Positions 31,096 to 40,804 of a DNA stretch of 64,000 bases are shown here, in pieces. The notes below the pieces were generated by a model. That model ran no database searches, was not told the origin of the DNA, and saw nothing but the letters and a program-made list of their open reading frames with translations. The DNA is from Candidatus Latescibacterota bacterium. GTDB taxonomy: Bacteria > Latescibacterota > UBA2968 > GCA-2709665. Made by a program: the position numbers and the translations under genes. Positions within the stretch are counted from its first letter, which is position 1, and the number at the start of each line of letters is the position of its first letter. The DNA lies in contig OZ244937.1 in the NCBI GenBank assembly GCA_965222075.1, forward strand, positions 288,001-352,000, read 5' to 3'.

Positions 31096-31122
31096 CCTGC
31101 CTGTGCGTTGCACGCAGACAGG
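31096..31122. mobile_element. 27-nt hairpin insertion (CCTGCCTG..CAGACAGG)
   Basis: Removal restores IETVYAQL. Confidence 0.88.
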
Positions 31123-31223
31123 TGCACAACTGACCCAACGCTTTCAGGTGGCCAGAATGAGGGTGCGCGATGCCTGGCACTTCAGAACCTCTGGACCACC
31201 AAAATCTTAGCGCATACAGTCTG

Positions 31224-31275
31224 CCTGCTTGCCTGTCTGCCTTCGGCACAGGCAGGCGCGCTGCGCGCAGGCAAG
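31224..31275. mobile_element. Nested hairpin pair (27 nt + 25 nt)
   Basis: Removal restores HTVCVFLN; outer unit is the exact reverse complement of 30895-30921. Confidence 0.85.
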
Positions 31276-31420
31276 CGTGTTCCTCAATATCCAGCTGCAA
31301 CGAGATCCCTTAGATTTTGAGGGACTCGTCCGATTCTAAAAAAAGTCTCACATGACGTTTGCTTCTACTACAACACAATTGCCCATCAATCGTAACTGAT
31401 TGTGGGCTTGTTCGTTTTAT

Positions 31421-31456
31421 TGTTGCAAACTACAACACGCGTTGTAAATTGCAACA
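31421..31456. promoter_or_regulatory. Tandem dyad, candidate activator binding site
   Basis: TGTTGCAAACTACAACA followed by GTTGTAAATTGCAAC; whole stretch near-palindromic. Confidence 0.5.
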
Positions 31457-31647
31457 TTTTTCGTTCCCGCCTTACAACTTTTCCTATAACTACATTTATA
31501 AACAGGAAGTTATAAAATTCCTTCCGCATGGACTTGTTCTCCGGAGGGGTTTTTGCGTTGCATTTTGCGACAATTTCCAAAATTCCCGCTGCTCCCATAT
31601 TCTGCCTAACTCGTTCAATGGAAATGAGTTAGGCAGATTTTTGAGAT

Positions 31648-31664
31648 TTGGCACACATTTTGCA
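31648..31664 (+). promoter_or_regulatory. Sigma-54 (-24/-12) promoter
   Basis: TTGGCAC-ACATT-TTGCA matches TGGCAC-N5-TTGC. Confidence 0.7.
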
Positions 31665-31696
31665 TGTACAGTTGAAAAGATCGTGCCATCCATATC

Positions 31697-31807
31697 CCTG
31701 TCTGCCTGCTTGCCTGTCTGCCTGCTTGCGCGCTGCGCGCAGGCAAGCGTGCAACGCACAGGCAGGCGCGCTACGCGCAGGCAAGCGTGCGGTGACGCAC
31801 AGGCAGG
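31697..31807. mobile_element. Four-deep nested hairpin stack (30+27+27+27 = 111 nt)
   Basis: Four left arms followed by four stem + right-arm units; removal restores AIIDMDGT. Confidence 0.92.
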
Positions 31808-31973
31808 GATGATGGCCTGTTGGAAAAAGGTCTCATCCCGGGTCTTCCAGACTTTCACCCGAGCCTGATTGATGGCTTCCTGAAGATCGAGGATATCATC
31901 CTGCTTGAAACGATGCAGCAAATCGCCTGCGGTAGAGGGAGCAGGCAACCGTTCAACCTCAAGCGCATCCCTG

Positions 31974-32006
31974 CCTGCCTGCAGCGCGGTACGCCGCGCA
32001 GGCAGG
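31974..32006. mobile_element. 33-nt CCTGCCTG hairpin insertion
   Basis: CCTGCCTG-cagcg-cggta-cgccg-CG-CAGGCAGG. Confidence 0.85.
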
Positions 32007-32059
32007 CGACATGACTGTTCAATTCCGGGTCATTTCTCTCTTTGCGCTTCTGCCTCTCC

Positions 32060-32239
32060 AATTGTATCCGTCCGTTCCCGGGTCGCATCGCTCGGCCTGT
32101 TCTTTGGCTTCTCTTCATCTGCTTGTCAGGACACCTGGGTGAATCGGAAGCCTCAGCGGACGGATTCAGCGCCTTTGTTCGGAAGCCCTTTGACATTCAG
32201 CGTTTGGAGACAGTTGCCCGGATCATCAGAACAGCCTGA
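32060..32239 (+). pseudogene. Receiver-domain C-terminal remnant
   Basis: FICLSGH..GFSAFVRKPFDI parallels the receiver domain downstream. Confidence 0.55.
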
Positions 32240-32251
32240 AAAGCGCACAGG

Positions 32252-32311
32252 CCTGCCTGCCCGCCTGCGCGCTGCGCGCGGGCAGGCGCCGGACTACGGC
32301 CGGCAGGCAGG
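32252..32311. mobile_element. Nested hairpin pair (33 nt + 27 nt)
   Basis: CCTGCCTG[CCCGCCTG-CG-cgc-tgc-gcg-CGGGCAGG]CG..CAGGCAGG. Confidence 0.85.
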
Positions 32312-32686
32312 GAGGTTGCCTGTATTCTCCTGGTCGAAGATGCCCCCCTGGTGGCATGGCTGGTTCCCCATGCCCTGGCGAGGGAAGGCTACATCCTCAT
32401 TATCGTAGCGGACGGCAGGCAGGCGCTTTGGGTGCTGGAGCGGGAACTGCCCGATCTGATTTTGAGTGATCTCCGGCTGCCCCGCATGGACGGATGGGCG
32501 CTTTTCCAGGAAGTGCGGGAGCGCTACCCGCAGGTTCCCTTCATTGCAATGTCGGGACACTCGGACAGCGAGGAGGCCACCGGGAAGGGGTTCAATGCCT
32601 TTATTCAAAAGCCTTTTGACATCCAATACCTAATTATAACCGTTCGCCGGATCATCTATGAGGCAAAACAGAAAGAGCAGGACTAA
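32312..32686 (+). CDS. Response-regulator receiver domain (start unclear, possibly pseudogene)
   Basis: ILLVED..PDLILSDLRLPRMDG..AMSG..QKPF. Confidence 0.75.
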   Translation, partial: EVACILLVEDAPLVAWLVPHALAREGYILIIVADGRQALWVLERELPDLILSDLRLPRMDGWALFQEVRERYPQVPFIAMSGHSDSEEATGKGFNAFIQKPFDIQYLIITVRRIIYEAKQKEQD

Positions 32687-32776
32687 AACCTGCGACCGTC
32701 CTGGCCGATAGAACCTCATAAACCGCTATCTGTTGCTCACGATATTGATCATCACTTCTAACACGGGAGGTCCATC

Positions 32777-35104
32777 ATGTCTTCAACATCTTCGCTGTTC
32801 AGAAAAGTTCTAATGATGCGGAAGGTTCCTTCTCTTGTCCATTTAAAGTCACACATTACGTTCGTATTGATTGTAGCCATTGGCGCGATGGCCCTGCTGG
32901 CCACCGTCGAAACGGCACAGGCAGTTCCAGGTCAACCTGACAGACCGACACTTTTTGTTGATTACGATGAGGATGTTGTTGACAACTACATAGGCGCCTA
33001 CGCTGAGTTGACCGCTACGACCAACTCTGTCTCGGGTGCTGCGCGATACGAGTGGGATCTCCTGCGCGGGACGGTTTCAACAACGAGACCATCGGTAACC
33101 AGGGGCGTTTTCGTATCTGACAGCATTGCCACGGCGTCGGTCAAAGTGCGTGCGGTCGATAGCGAAGGCAACGCAGGTCAGTGGAGCAGCACAGCGTCAA
33201 CCAATATTTATTTCGCTCCACGTCCACCTATGCCGACCTTGAGCTTCGACGAAGAAGATAAGACCATTACCATATCGGTTTACGGGTACAGAGGAGCAAC
33301 GGAATACACAATCAAAATCACCGCCCCGGGCGGTAGTAAAACCAGAAAGACAGTCACCGATACGGTGTACGCCTACTCCGTGCCTTTGTCTGATCCATCA
33401 GGGACCTGGAAGGTCAGCGTGCAGGCCACGACAGCTACTCACCGTACCGCCTTCTCACGCACCGCATTATTGGCTGTGAAGGTTCCGGAACAGCCCGTCG
33501 AACTTTCGGCTGAAGCCGGCAACGGCCAGGTGACGCTTACCTGGAAGGATCCGGGCGATTCTGGTATCGCCAAATACCAACTGCAAGTGGACCACGGCGA
33601 GTGGACCGATATTGAGGGCAGCGACGCCGGCACGACCAGCCACACGGTTACGGGGCTCACCAACGGTACCAGGTATCTCTTTCAAATCCGTGCGGTGAGC
33701 AACAGCGGCGCGGGCGAGGCGTCCGACAGGGTGTTGGCGACGCCGGTGGCGTTACCGAAACCGACCGGGCTTGCCGCAACGTCCGACGACGGCCAGGTGA
33801 CGCTTACCTGGAAGGATCCGGGCGATTCTGGTATCACCAAATACCAACTGCGAGTGGACTACGGCGAGTGGACCGATATTGAGGGCAGCGACGCCGGCAC
33901 GACCAGCCACACGGTTACGGGGCTCACCAACGGTACCAGGTATCTCTTTCAAATCCGTGCGGTGAGCAACAGCGGCGCGGGCGAGGCGTCCGACAGGGTG
34001 TTGGCGACGCCGGTGGCGTTACCGAAACCGACCGGGCTTGCCGCAACGTCCGACGACGGCCAGGTGACGCTTACCTGGAAGGATCCGGGCGATTCTGGTA
34101 TCACCAAATACCAACTGCGAGTGGACTACGGCGAGTGGACCGATATTGAGGGCAGCGACGCCGGCACGACCAGCCACACGGTTACGGGGCTCACCAACGG
34201 TACCAGGTATCTCTTTCAAATCCGTGCGGTGAGCAACAGCGGCGTAGGCGAGGAATCGGACACCGTGTTGGCGTACCCGGAACCGGTTCCGGAGTTGGCG
34301 GCATCCGTACCGTCTTCGCTGACGGAGGCGACGCTGCATGGAAGCGTGGTGACGCTGAGATTGACAGGACGATCCTACTTGAACGCGGTCAGAAATAACG
34401 TGACGGTATCGGGCATTGAAGGTGTAACGTTCAGGTCGTCAACCGATGTGGATCGCGTGAGCGATACGGAGGTTACGGTGAAGCTGACGTTCAACGGCAA
34501 TATTGATTCCGATACGATGCTGGTGTTCACGGTGGGGGCAAGTGCGATAGCGGGCTATACGGGTCCCGCGCTCACGGCGGAGATTCCGGTCACTGCGGTG
34601 GCCGAATCGGTGGTCGCATCGGCTCCACAACCGTTGACAGAGGCGACGCTGCATGGGAGCGTGGTGACGCTGACGCTGAGCGGCGGCGCTTACGAGCGTT
34701 GGAACACGGTGAGAAACAACGTGACGGTATCGGGCATTGAAGGTGTAACGTTCAGGTCGTCAACCGATGTGGATCGCGTGAGCGATACGGAGGTTACGGT
34801 GAAGCTGACGTTCAACGGCAATATTGATTCCGATACGATGCTGGTGTTCACGGTGGGGGCAAGTGCGATAGCGGGCTACACCGGTCCGGCGTTCACAGCG
34901 GAGATTCCGGTCAGTGCTGACGAGGAAGCGGCGCCCGACTTTGATGGCGATGGGAGGGTTGATTTTTTCGACTTTATTCGCTTTACAGCCGTATTCGGGT
35001 CGAGTCAGGGCGATGCGAGGTACGACGCGCGGTATGATCTGGATGGGGATGGGACCATCGGGTTTGGGGATTTTCTGATCTTTGCCAACAGCTTTGGCAA
35101 ATAG
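32777..35104 (+). CDS. Secreted fibronectin type III repeat protein with dockerin/EF-hand-like tag
   Basis: VTLTW..YQL..TVTGLTNGTRYLFQIRA three times; C-terminal PDFDGDG..DLDGDG. Confidence 0.88.
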   Translation: MSSTSSLFRKVLMMRKVPSLVHLKSHITFVLIVAIGAMALLATVETAQAVPGQPDRPTLFVDYDEDVVDNYIGAYAELTATTNSVSGAARYEWDLLRGTVSTTRPSVTRGVFVSDSIATASVKVRAVDSEGNAGQWSSTASTNIYFAPRPPMPTLSFDEEDKTITISVYGYRGATEYTIKITAPGGSKTRKTVTDTVYAYSVPLSDPSGTWKVSVQATTATHRTAFSRTALLAVKVPEQPVELSAEAGNGQVTLTWKDPGDSGIAKYQLQVDHGEWTDIEGSDAGTTSHTVTGLTNGTRYLFQIRAVSNSGAGEASDRVLATPVALPKPTGLAATSDDGQVTLTWKDPGDSGITKYQLRVDYGEWTDIEGSDAGTTSHTVTGLTNGTRYLFQIRAVSNSGAGEASDRVLATPVALPKPTGLAATSDDGQVTLTWKDPGDSGITKYQLRVDYGEWTDIEGSDAGTTSHTVTGLTNGTRYLFQIRAVSNSGVGEESDTVLAYPEPVPELAASVPSSLTEATLHGSVVTLRLTGRSYLNAVRNNVTVSGIEGVTFRSSTDVDRVSDTEVTVKLTFNGNIDSDTMLVFTVGASAIAGYTGPALTAEIPVTAVAESVVASAPQPLTEATLHGSVVTLTLSGGAYERWNTVRNNVTVSGIEGVTFRSSTDVDRVSDTEVTVKLTFNGNIDSDTMLVFTVGASAIAGYTGPAFTAEIPVSADEEAAPDFDGDGRVDFFDFIRFTAVFGSSQGDARYDARYDLDGDGTIGFGDFLIFANSFGK
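33524..34260 (+). repeat. Three near-identical 267-bp FN3 units
   Basis: GGCCAGGTGACGCTTACCTGG at 33524, 33791 and 34058. Confidence 0.92.
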
Positions 35105-35394
35105 GTCCCTTCCTCTGGCAGTGACAGAGGAGGAGGTGGCGGTGGTGGCAGTAGTCAAACGTGCACTGTGAGGTTGGCGCTGAATCCGGGAGACGGATGC
35201 AGTGGCTCCGGTTACAGTCTTCGCAACGACGCAGGTGTATTGGTGGCGGACGGTACTATAGGTGGCATTACCATGAGCAATACGCGCTTCAGCGGCGGCA
35301 GTGTGCAATTGAACAGACTGCACCTGACCAGAAGCGGCAATGTCTGGACGATTGTCAGCCTGCCCTAACCGGATGTGCTTGCCAAATGGCGGCG

Positions 35395-36100
35395 TTACGG
35401 CTCGCCGTCACGCGTCACCGTCACCTTGTAGGTCCCCGTCGTCACCCCATCCTCCGCCGTCACCCGGATCTCTATCCTGTTCCTGCCGACCTGCAGGCCG
35501 TCGAACGTCACCGACTTCCGCGATGTGCCATCCATCGTGAGGCTCATACCGGTATTCCGAACCACCAGAGGGGTACCGTCCGCGGCCGTGCCGCTCTGAT
35601 TGTGCGTCATACTGGATGGATTGGAAATGGTTATCGTGACGGTTGTAGCAGTCGCTGCGACAGTTGCCTCGTACGAACTCGTGTTCCGGTCAAAAGCTGG
35701 CCGCAGTATGGAGTTTTTCGACGACACCCCGAAGAAGCCGGCCTTGCCCTCCGCCAGCGCCAGACCCGTAAGTTTCGTATCCCGGCTCGGCGCAATTCGG
35801 GTCACCGTGATGGTGTAACGCTCCGTTGCCTTTCCATCCTCGGCAGTAGCCACGAGATCCAGGGTATTCCGACCCACGGTCAGGCCGGAGACGTTCATCT
35901 TGTCGACCACGAGGGAGGACCCGCCTGCCGCAGTTCCCCTCAACCGGACGATCGTCGCCGCTTCCTTCCTCCTGACGGTGAACTTGAGACCCGTCACCCC
36001 GTAAGGGACGGCTGCCTGGTAGGTCTTTGTTTCCGGCTCAAACGTGGGTGTGAGGTTGCTCTTCGAGAGCGCCAGCGCAGTCAGCGCGGCATCGCTTCCA
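35395..36100 (-). CDS. Two cadherin-like beta-sandwich domains (probable 3' fragment)
   Basis: ALTALAL..LTPTF..Y..VGRN..TAEDG..YTITVTR twice; no convincing 5' end. Confidence 0.7.
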
Positions 36101-36448
36101 GGCGTGGTTGAGTCTCCGTGTGCGTCTCGTGCGGGGCCAATGCACGAGGCCGTTCCTGTTCCGTATCGGAATGACATAGCCAGGCTCCTTTCGGGATGCG
36201 AAAGCGCTCGCGATTTGCACACACCGAGGCCTGGGGTGGGGCAACCGGGTGGGTGCGGATGTTGTGTATGCATCATACGGTCTCTGGTGAAATTAAGCTG
36301 GAATAATTCGTCACAATTTTGTTTAATATAACATGCTTGAGATCACAAAAACAAAATATATTTCTCATTTAAAATCTGTATATTTACAATCTCCGGGTAG
36401 TCAACCGGCCTCAGCCAGAAATGTTGACATAAAAGGATGGAGAGAAAA

Positions 36449-38184
36449 ATGGTTGCAGACAGCGGGCGGGTGCAGCGAGAGCGACATTTGACTTCGGGCA
36501 ACGGCGCATTGCTGGTGGTCACTGACAGCGGGGGACCGTACTGGGAGCGGATGATTGTGGATGAGACGGTTCTGGTGGCGCTGGCGCATTTCGGCATGCC
36601 CTATCGGGTGCTGGATCTGGCAGGGGAACGACCGACACCGGAAGTCCTGAACCGGTGCGCAGGGATTGTTCTGGCGCAGAACGGTCTGGTGCGTGTTTGA
36701 GCGATGCGGAGACCGGTCTGATCGCCGATGCGGTTCGGAACGGCGCCGGACTGGTCAATTTCGATTACGATGTGAGGGCTTACAAGGCGCCCCTGCTGGA
36801 GATTTTTGGGTTCGAGCGGATCAACCCGCATCCCTATGCGACCAACACGGTGCGGGTTCGGGAGTGTGACCATTATATTACAGAGCTGCAATCGGCGGGA
36901 GAATTCCACGCGTTCGACCGTATGGTGACGGCGATTAGCGTGGAGAAATGGGGCGAGGAGGTGACACCGCTGGCGGACGGGATTCTGGGGAAGGAGCAGC
37001 TGGTCCATATCCGGCACCTGGCGCCGTGGAGCGCGTTTGAACCGCGCAATTTTCCCCTGGTGTTCGCCACGGAATGGGGAGAGGGGCGGGCGGTGCAGTT
37101 TACGCTGAATTCCCGGGTGTGGCGGAACGCGTTTTTCGGCCATGCAAGGGGGATGGACGATCTGTTCTGGCGGTCGATCCTGTGGACGGTGCGCAAGCCG
37201 TTTGCGGCGAACATGATTCCGCCGTTTGTGGCCATGTCGTGGGACGATTGCGAGGGGAGGCACGATTTCGCCTATGCCGATATCGCCGTTGCGCATGGGT
37301 ATGTTCCAATGCCCTCGCTGTTTGTGAAGCAGGTGCCGGAGCGGTTGTTTCCCAAAATCAGAGCGGGCCTGAAAAGCGGCAAGATCCAGTACAATACGCA
37401 TGCGCTGGATTATTACCGTTTGCTGGTCTACAATTTCGGCAAGGGGGAGTGCTCTGAGGGTGAACTGGAAGAGAATTTCGCTTTTCAGGACGCTTTCTGG
37501 AGGCAGGTGGGGGCTTATCCGGGAGCGACGCTGCGATTCCATTGGGGGGAGTACGGGGTGAGGGCGCTGCCCTTTTTGAAGGCGCGGGGCCACCGGTTTT
37601 TCTGCCCGGCCCTGCAGACCGGGCTGCATAAGGCCGATATGTGTATGCTGGACGGGTTCTGGCCGTACGGGTTGCAGACCTGTTATTACGATTATCTGCC
37701 GGATGATCACGACTTTTTCGCGTTCGCGGCCATGCTGGCCCGGCACCAGGAGGATTTTTTGACGGGGTGTACCCCCTATTTGCGGGAGAGCGAGAGGACC
37801 GATGTTGAGAAGGCGGCGGGGAATGCCGCCCTGCAGGTCCGGCACGGCCACCGCGCCGGGTTTTATGCGGAGATTGTGACGCACGAGCAGAAGTTCGACG
37901 CCCTTTCGATGGAGGAGTGGGATCGAATTTTGACCCGGGCCGATCAAATGACCGGGGGGTTTGAAAAGATCCACGCGAGCCACGACGAGATCGGGCACTA
38001 CCTGCAGGGGAAAGACGGCGTCCGGATCGCAGAGGCCACGGTAGACGGGGACAGCGTGCGCTGCAGGCTGGCAGGCAGAACCGCTGCGCCGCTGCGCCTG
38101 TCCGTATTCCGGGATGAAGGGGAGTCGGTGGCGCGTGAGTACAGGGTGATCGATGTGTTTGAGGGAGAGGCGGAGGTGGGGTGA
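36449..38184 (+). pseudogene. GATase-like/deacetylase-like protein with -1 frameshift at ~36688
   Basis: QNGL|GACLSDAE joins ORFs 36437-36700 and 36655-38184 if one G is added. Confidence 0.6.
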
Positions 38185-39149
38185 GGGCCAGGAAGGGTAC
38201 AGGTGAGGATAGGCTCGTGGAGAAGATTCTGTTTAATATTCAGGTTGATTGTGAATCCACACAGCGGAGCATCAACGATCCTGCGCTGGGCGAGCGGTCG
38301 ATTCGGGGGCTGGGGGAGATCTTTTCGGAGACCGGGGTGGTGGGGACGTTTGTGGTGATTCCTTCGGATATCCGTGTCCACGCGGATATTTACAGGGCGC
38401 TGGAGGCTGAGGGGCACGAGGTGGGTCTGCATATCCATCCGGCGGAACAGGGATATGGTGAGTTCTTCGGGGTGTACGGGCTTGAGGAGCAGGTGAAGAT
38501 TCTGCAGGAGGGTGTGGATGTGTTTGCCGGGTGTATGGGAAAGGCGCCCGAGGCGTTCACGCCGGGCTACTTTTCGGCCAATGACCATACCTATCCGGCG
38601 CTGGAGGCGCTGGGGTTCAGGCACGGTACGGTGTCGATGCCGACCCGGAACCTGCCGCAGTGCGCCTGCGTGTGGGGCAATTCTCCGCTGGATATCCACT
38701 ATCCGCATCGGTATAACCGCAGCCTGGTGGGAGATGTCGATTTTGTGGATGTGCCGCCCACGGTGGATGTGGCGTCCCGGATGTGGGGTGGGGCGCACCC
38801 GCAGGATCTGCGCATTGAGCTGGTGGACGCCAAGAATCACTGGTACACGATTCAAAAGAATGTGGTGCGGCAGGTGGAGGCGGGGGAGGAGGTTCCGGTG
38901 AAGTATCTGAAGGCGCTGACCCACAATATTTTCGATTACAGCAGGCCGCAGGATTTCCGGAGGGAGACGATGCTGGGGGTGATTTCGGCTGTACGGGAGA
39001 TTTGCGGGCAGCAGGGCTGTGAACTCGCGCCGGCGACGGTGGCGGAGATCGCCGCAGAGTACCGCCGCAGAGTTCCCCTGCCCGAAGGCGGCGTCAAACT
39101 GGACCTGGATACCCGGGGGCGTGCGGCCTGGACGTCGAAGGAATCCTGA
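38181..39149 (+). CDS. Polysaccharide deacetylase family protein
   Basis: VDCE, GTFVV, GHEVGLHIH and AFTPG motifs. Confidence 0.8.
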   Translation: MRARKGTGEDRLVEKILFNIQVDCESTQRSINDPALGERSIRGLGEIFSETGVVGTFVVIPSDIRVHADIYRALEAEGHEVGLHIHPAEQGYGEFFGVYGLEEQVKILQEGVDVFAGCMGKAPEAFTPGYFSANDHTYPALEALGFRHGTVSMPTRNLPQCACVWGNSPLDIHYPHRYNRSLVGDVDFVDVPPTVDVASRMWGGAHPQDLRIELVDAKNHWYTIQKNVVRQVEAGEEVPVKYLKALTHNIFDYSRPQDFRRETMLGVISAVREICGQQGCELAPATVAEIAAEYRRRVPLPEGGVKLDLDTRGRAAWTSKES

Positions 39150-39165
39150 CAGAGGAGGTGGTACG

Positions 39166-39903
39166 GTGGTGACGATCGATGGGTATTGTACGCTGGGTGA
39201 GGACCGGGAGTACGACCTGACGGAGACCGATCTGCTGCAGGCAATGGACGGGGCGGGGGTTGACCGGGCGGTGATTGCAGCGGTCGATCGCTGTTTGGCG
39301 GTGCACAACCGGGAGGGGAACGATTTTCTGCTGAAGGCGGCTGCGGCGCATGCAGACCGGTTGATTCCCTCCTGTTCGGCGAACCCGTGGTACGGGGATG
39401 CGGCGGTGGCGGAGTCGAAGCGGGCGATTGAAGGTGGGGCCCGACTGCTGGTGCTGCATCCGTTCGTTCAGGGGTACCAGGCGAACGACGAACTGGTCTG
39501 GCCGCTGCTTGAGGCGGCGGGGGAGGAGAAAGTTCCGGTTTACGTTCATACGGGGACGCCCGGGAATGCAACGCCGTGGCAGGTGGTGGATCTGGCCGAT
39601 CGGTATCCATCGGTGGACTTTATTATCGGGCACTGCGGGGCCACGGATTTCTGGAACGATATGGTGGAGGCCGGAAAGGCGTCCGATCGGGTCTATCTGG
39701 AGTCGTCACTGGCCAGGCCGTTTGTTTTTACCCGATATCTGGAGGAGGTGGGGGGGCACAAGGGGATTATGGGATCGTTTGCTCCGATTAATGCGTTGAC
39801 TTTTGAGTGGGAGCAGATGTACAGCGTTCTGCCGGAGGTGATGTGGCCGGATGTCTGCGGCGGCAACCTGCTCCGTTTGCTGGAAAAGCGAGGGACTTTA
39901 TGA
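39166..39903 (+). CDS. Amidohydrolase_2 family protein (degenerate metal motif)
   Basis: GAGGAGG RBS; IDGYC replaces DxHxH; LHP, VHTG and GHCG present. Confidence 0.75.
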   Translation: MVTIDGYCTLGEDREYDLTETDLLQAMDGAGVDRAVIAAVDRCLAVHNREGNDFLLKAAAAHADRLIPSCSANPWYGDAAVAESKRAIEGGARLLVLHPFVQGYQANDELVWPLLEAAGEEKVPVYVHTGTPGNATPWQVVDLADRYPSVDFIIGHCGATDFWNDMVEAGKASDRVYLESSLARPFVFTRYLEEVGGHKGIMGSFAPINALTFEWEQMYSVLPEVMWPDVCGGNLLRLLEKRGTL

Positions 39904-40646
39904 TTGTCGATTGCCATACGCACTGGGGGATGGTCTGGGAAGACCGGGACCGGGGCGATCCTGCCCGCTGGCTTGAGGTGCTGGACAGACACGGCGTGGA
40001 CAGGGCATTCCTGCTGGGGCACTACAATCTGCATCGTTGCGATAAGGCCCGGGAGGATAACGATCGGCTGGCAAATATTACGGCCCGGGGTCCGGACCGT
40101 TTTATCCCTTTTGGTACGGTCTGGCCGCAGATGGGCAGGGATGCGGTTGAGGAGGTCCGACGCTGTATTGAGGATCTGGGCCTGAAGGGCTTAAAGTTTC
40201 ACCCCTGGTTGCAGGGGTTCAGCACGGGCGATCCGGTGTTCGGCGAGATCTGCGGATTGGCCGGTGAGCTTGGCGTGCCGGTTTTTTTCCACGACGGTAC
40301 CCCGTGTTACAGCGTTTCGGAACAGATCGGGGGCCTGGCGCGCCGGTTTCCCGGCACCCGGCTGGTGCTGGGGCATTCGGGGTTGTTGTGGAATTGGCGC
40401 AGCGCGCTGGAGGCGGTGAGGCACCCCAATGTGTGGGCCTGTTTGTGCGGACCCCACATGCGGGCGGTTGAGGTTTTCTGCCAGCGGGCGGATCCGGACC
40501 GGCTTTTGTGGGGGACGGATTTCGGGTTCGGTTTTTCGGATCCGATAGACTACCGGCTGAATCTGGTCCTGCAGGCGAAGATTGACGATTCGCTGCGGGA
40601 AAGGATTCTGGGGGTCAACCCGCTGCGGCTGCTGGAAGAAGCGTGA
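39900..40646 (+). CDS. Amidohydrolase_2 family protein
   Basis: DCHTH, GLKFHP, FHDG, GHSG and WGTD motifs. Confidence 0.85.
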   Translation: MIVDCHTHWGMVWEDRDRGDPARWLEVLDRHGVDRAFLLGHYNLHRCDKAREDNDRLANITARGPDRFIPFGTVWPQMGRDAVEEVRRCIEDLGLKGLKFHPWLQGFSTGDPVFGEICGLAGELGVPVFFHDGTPCYSVSEQIGGLARRFPGTRLVLGHSGLLWNWRSALEAVRHPNVWACLCGPHMRAVEVFCQRADPDRLLWGTDFGFGFSDPIDYRLNLVLQAKIDDSLRERILGVNPLRLLEEA

Positions 40647-40804
40647 GAAGGGGCGAACCCGCCTATGAGAGGCGAGGGGCGCGTAGCCTCGACCTGCTTA
40701 AATTCGCCTCAAATTGGTCTTGACTTTGGGGTCCACTTCATTCAAATTGGCCACTGGCAGATTGACGCACAAAAGCGGATCGATCTTTTAAAGCCGGGAA
40801 CCAG

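Larger units (their letters stand above)
30130..31358 (+). mobile_element. IS982-family element, degenerate, with five hairpin insertion sites
   Basis: 17-bp imperfect TIRs ACGT(G/C)ATGTG(T/A)GACTTT; LSDAECLTI, IIDTLP, GYCAAK..YFGFK, RRLIETV and KILAH motifs; frameshifts near 31180 and 31232. Confidence 0.85.
31670..32015 (-). pseudogene. IS1380-family transposase internal fragment
   Basis: DALEVERLPAPSTAGDLLHRF..INQARVKVW..FFQQAII[insert]DMDGT. Confidence 0.8.

Noticed and set aside
30121-31367. Target-site duplication around the IS982
   Set aside because: The flanks (TCGTATTGA / TTGCTTCTA) do not match.
31697-31807. CCTG-rich tract as a microsatellite or mini-CRISPR
   Set aside because: It parses exactly into four nested units, two of which occur standalone elsewhere in the window.
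33524-34920. Regular DNA repeats as a possible CRISPR array
   Set aside because: 267-bp and ~306-bp coding domain repeats with no unique spacers and no cas genes.
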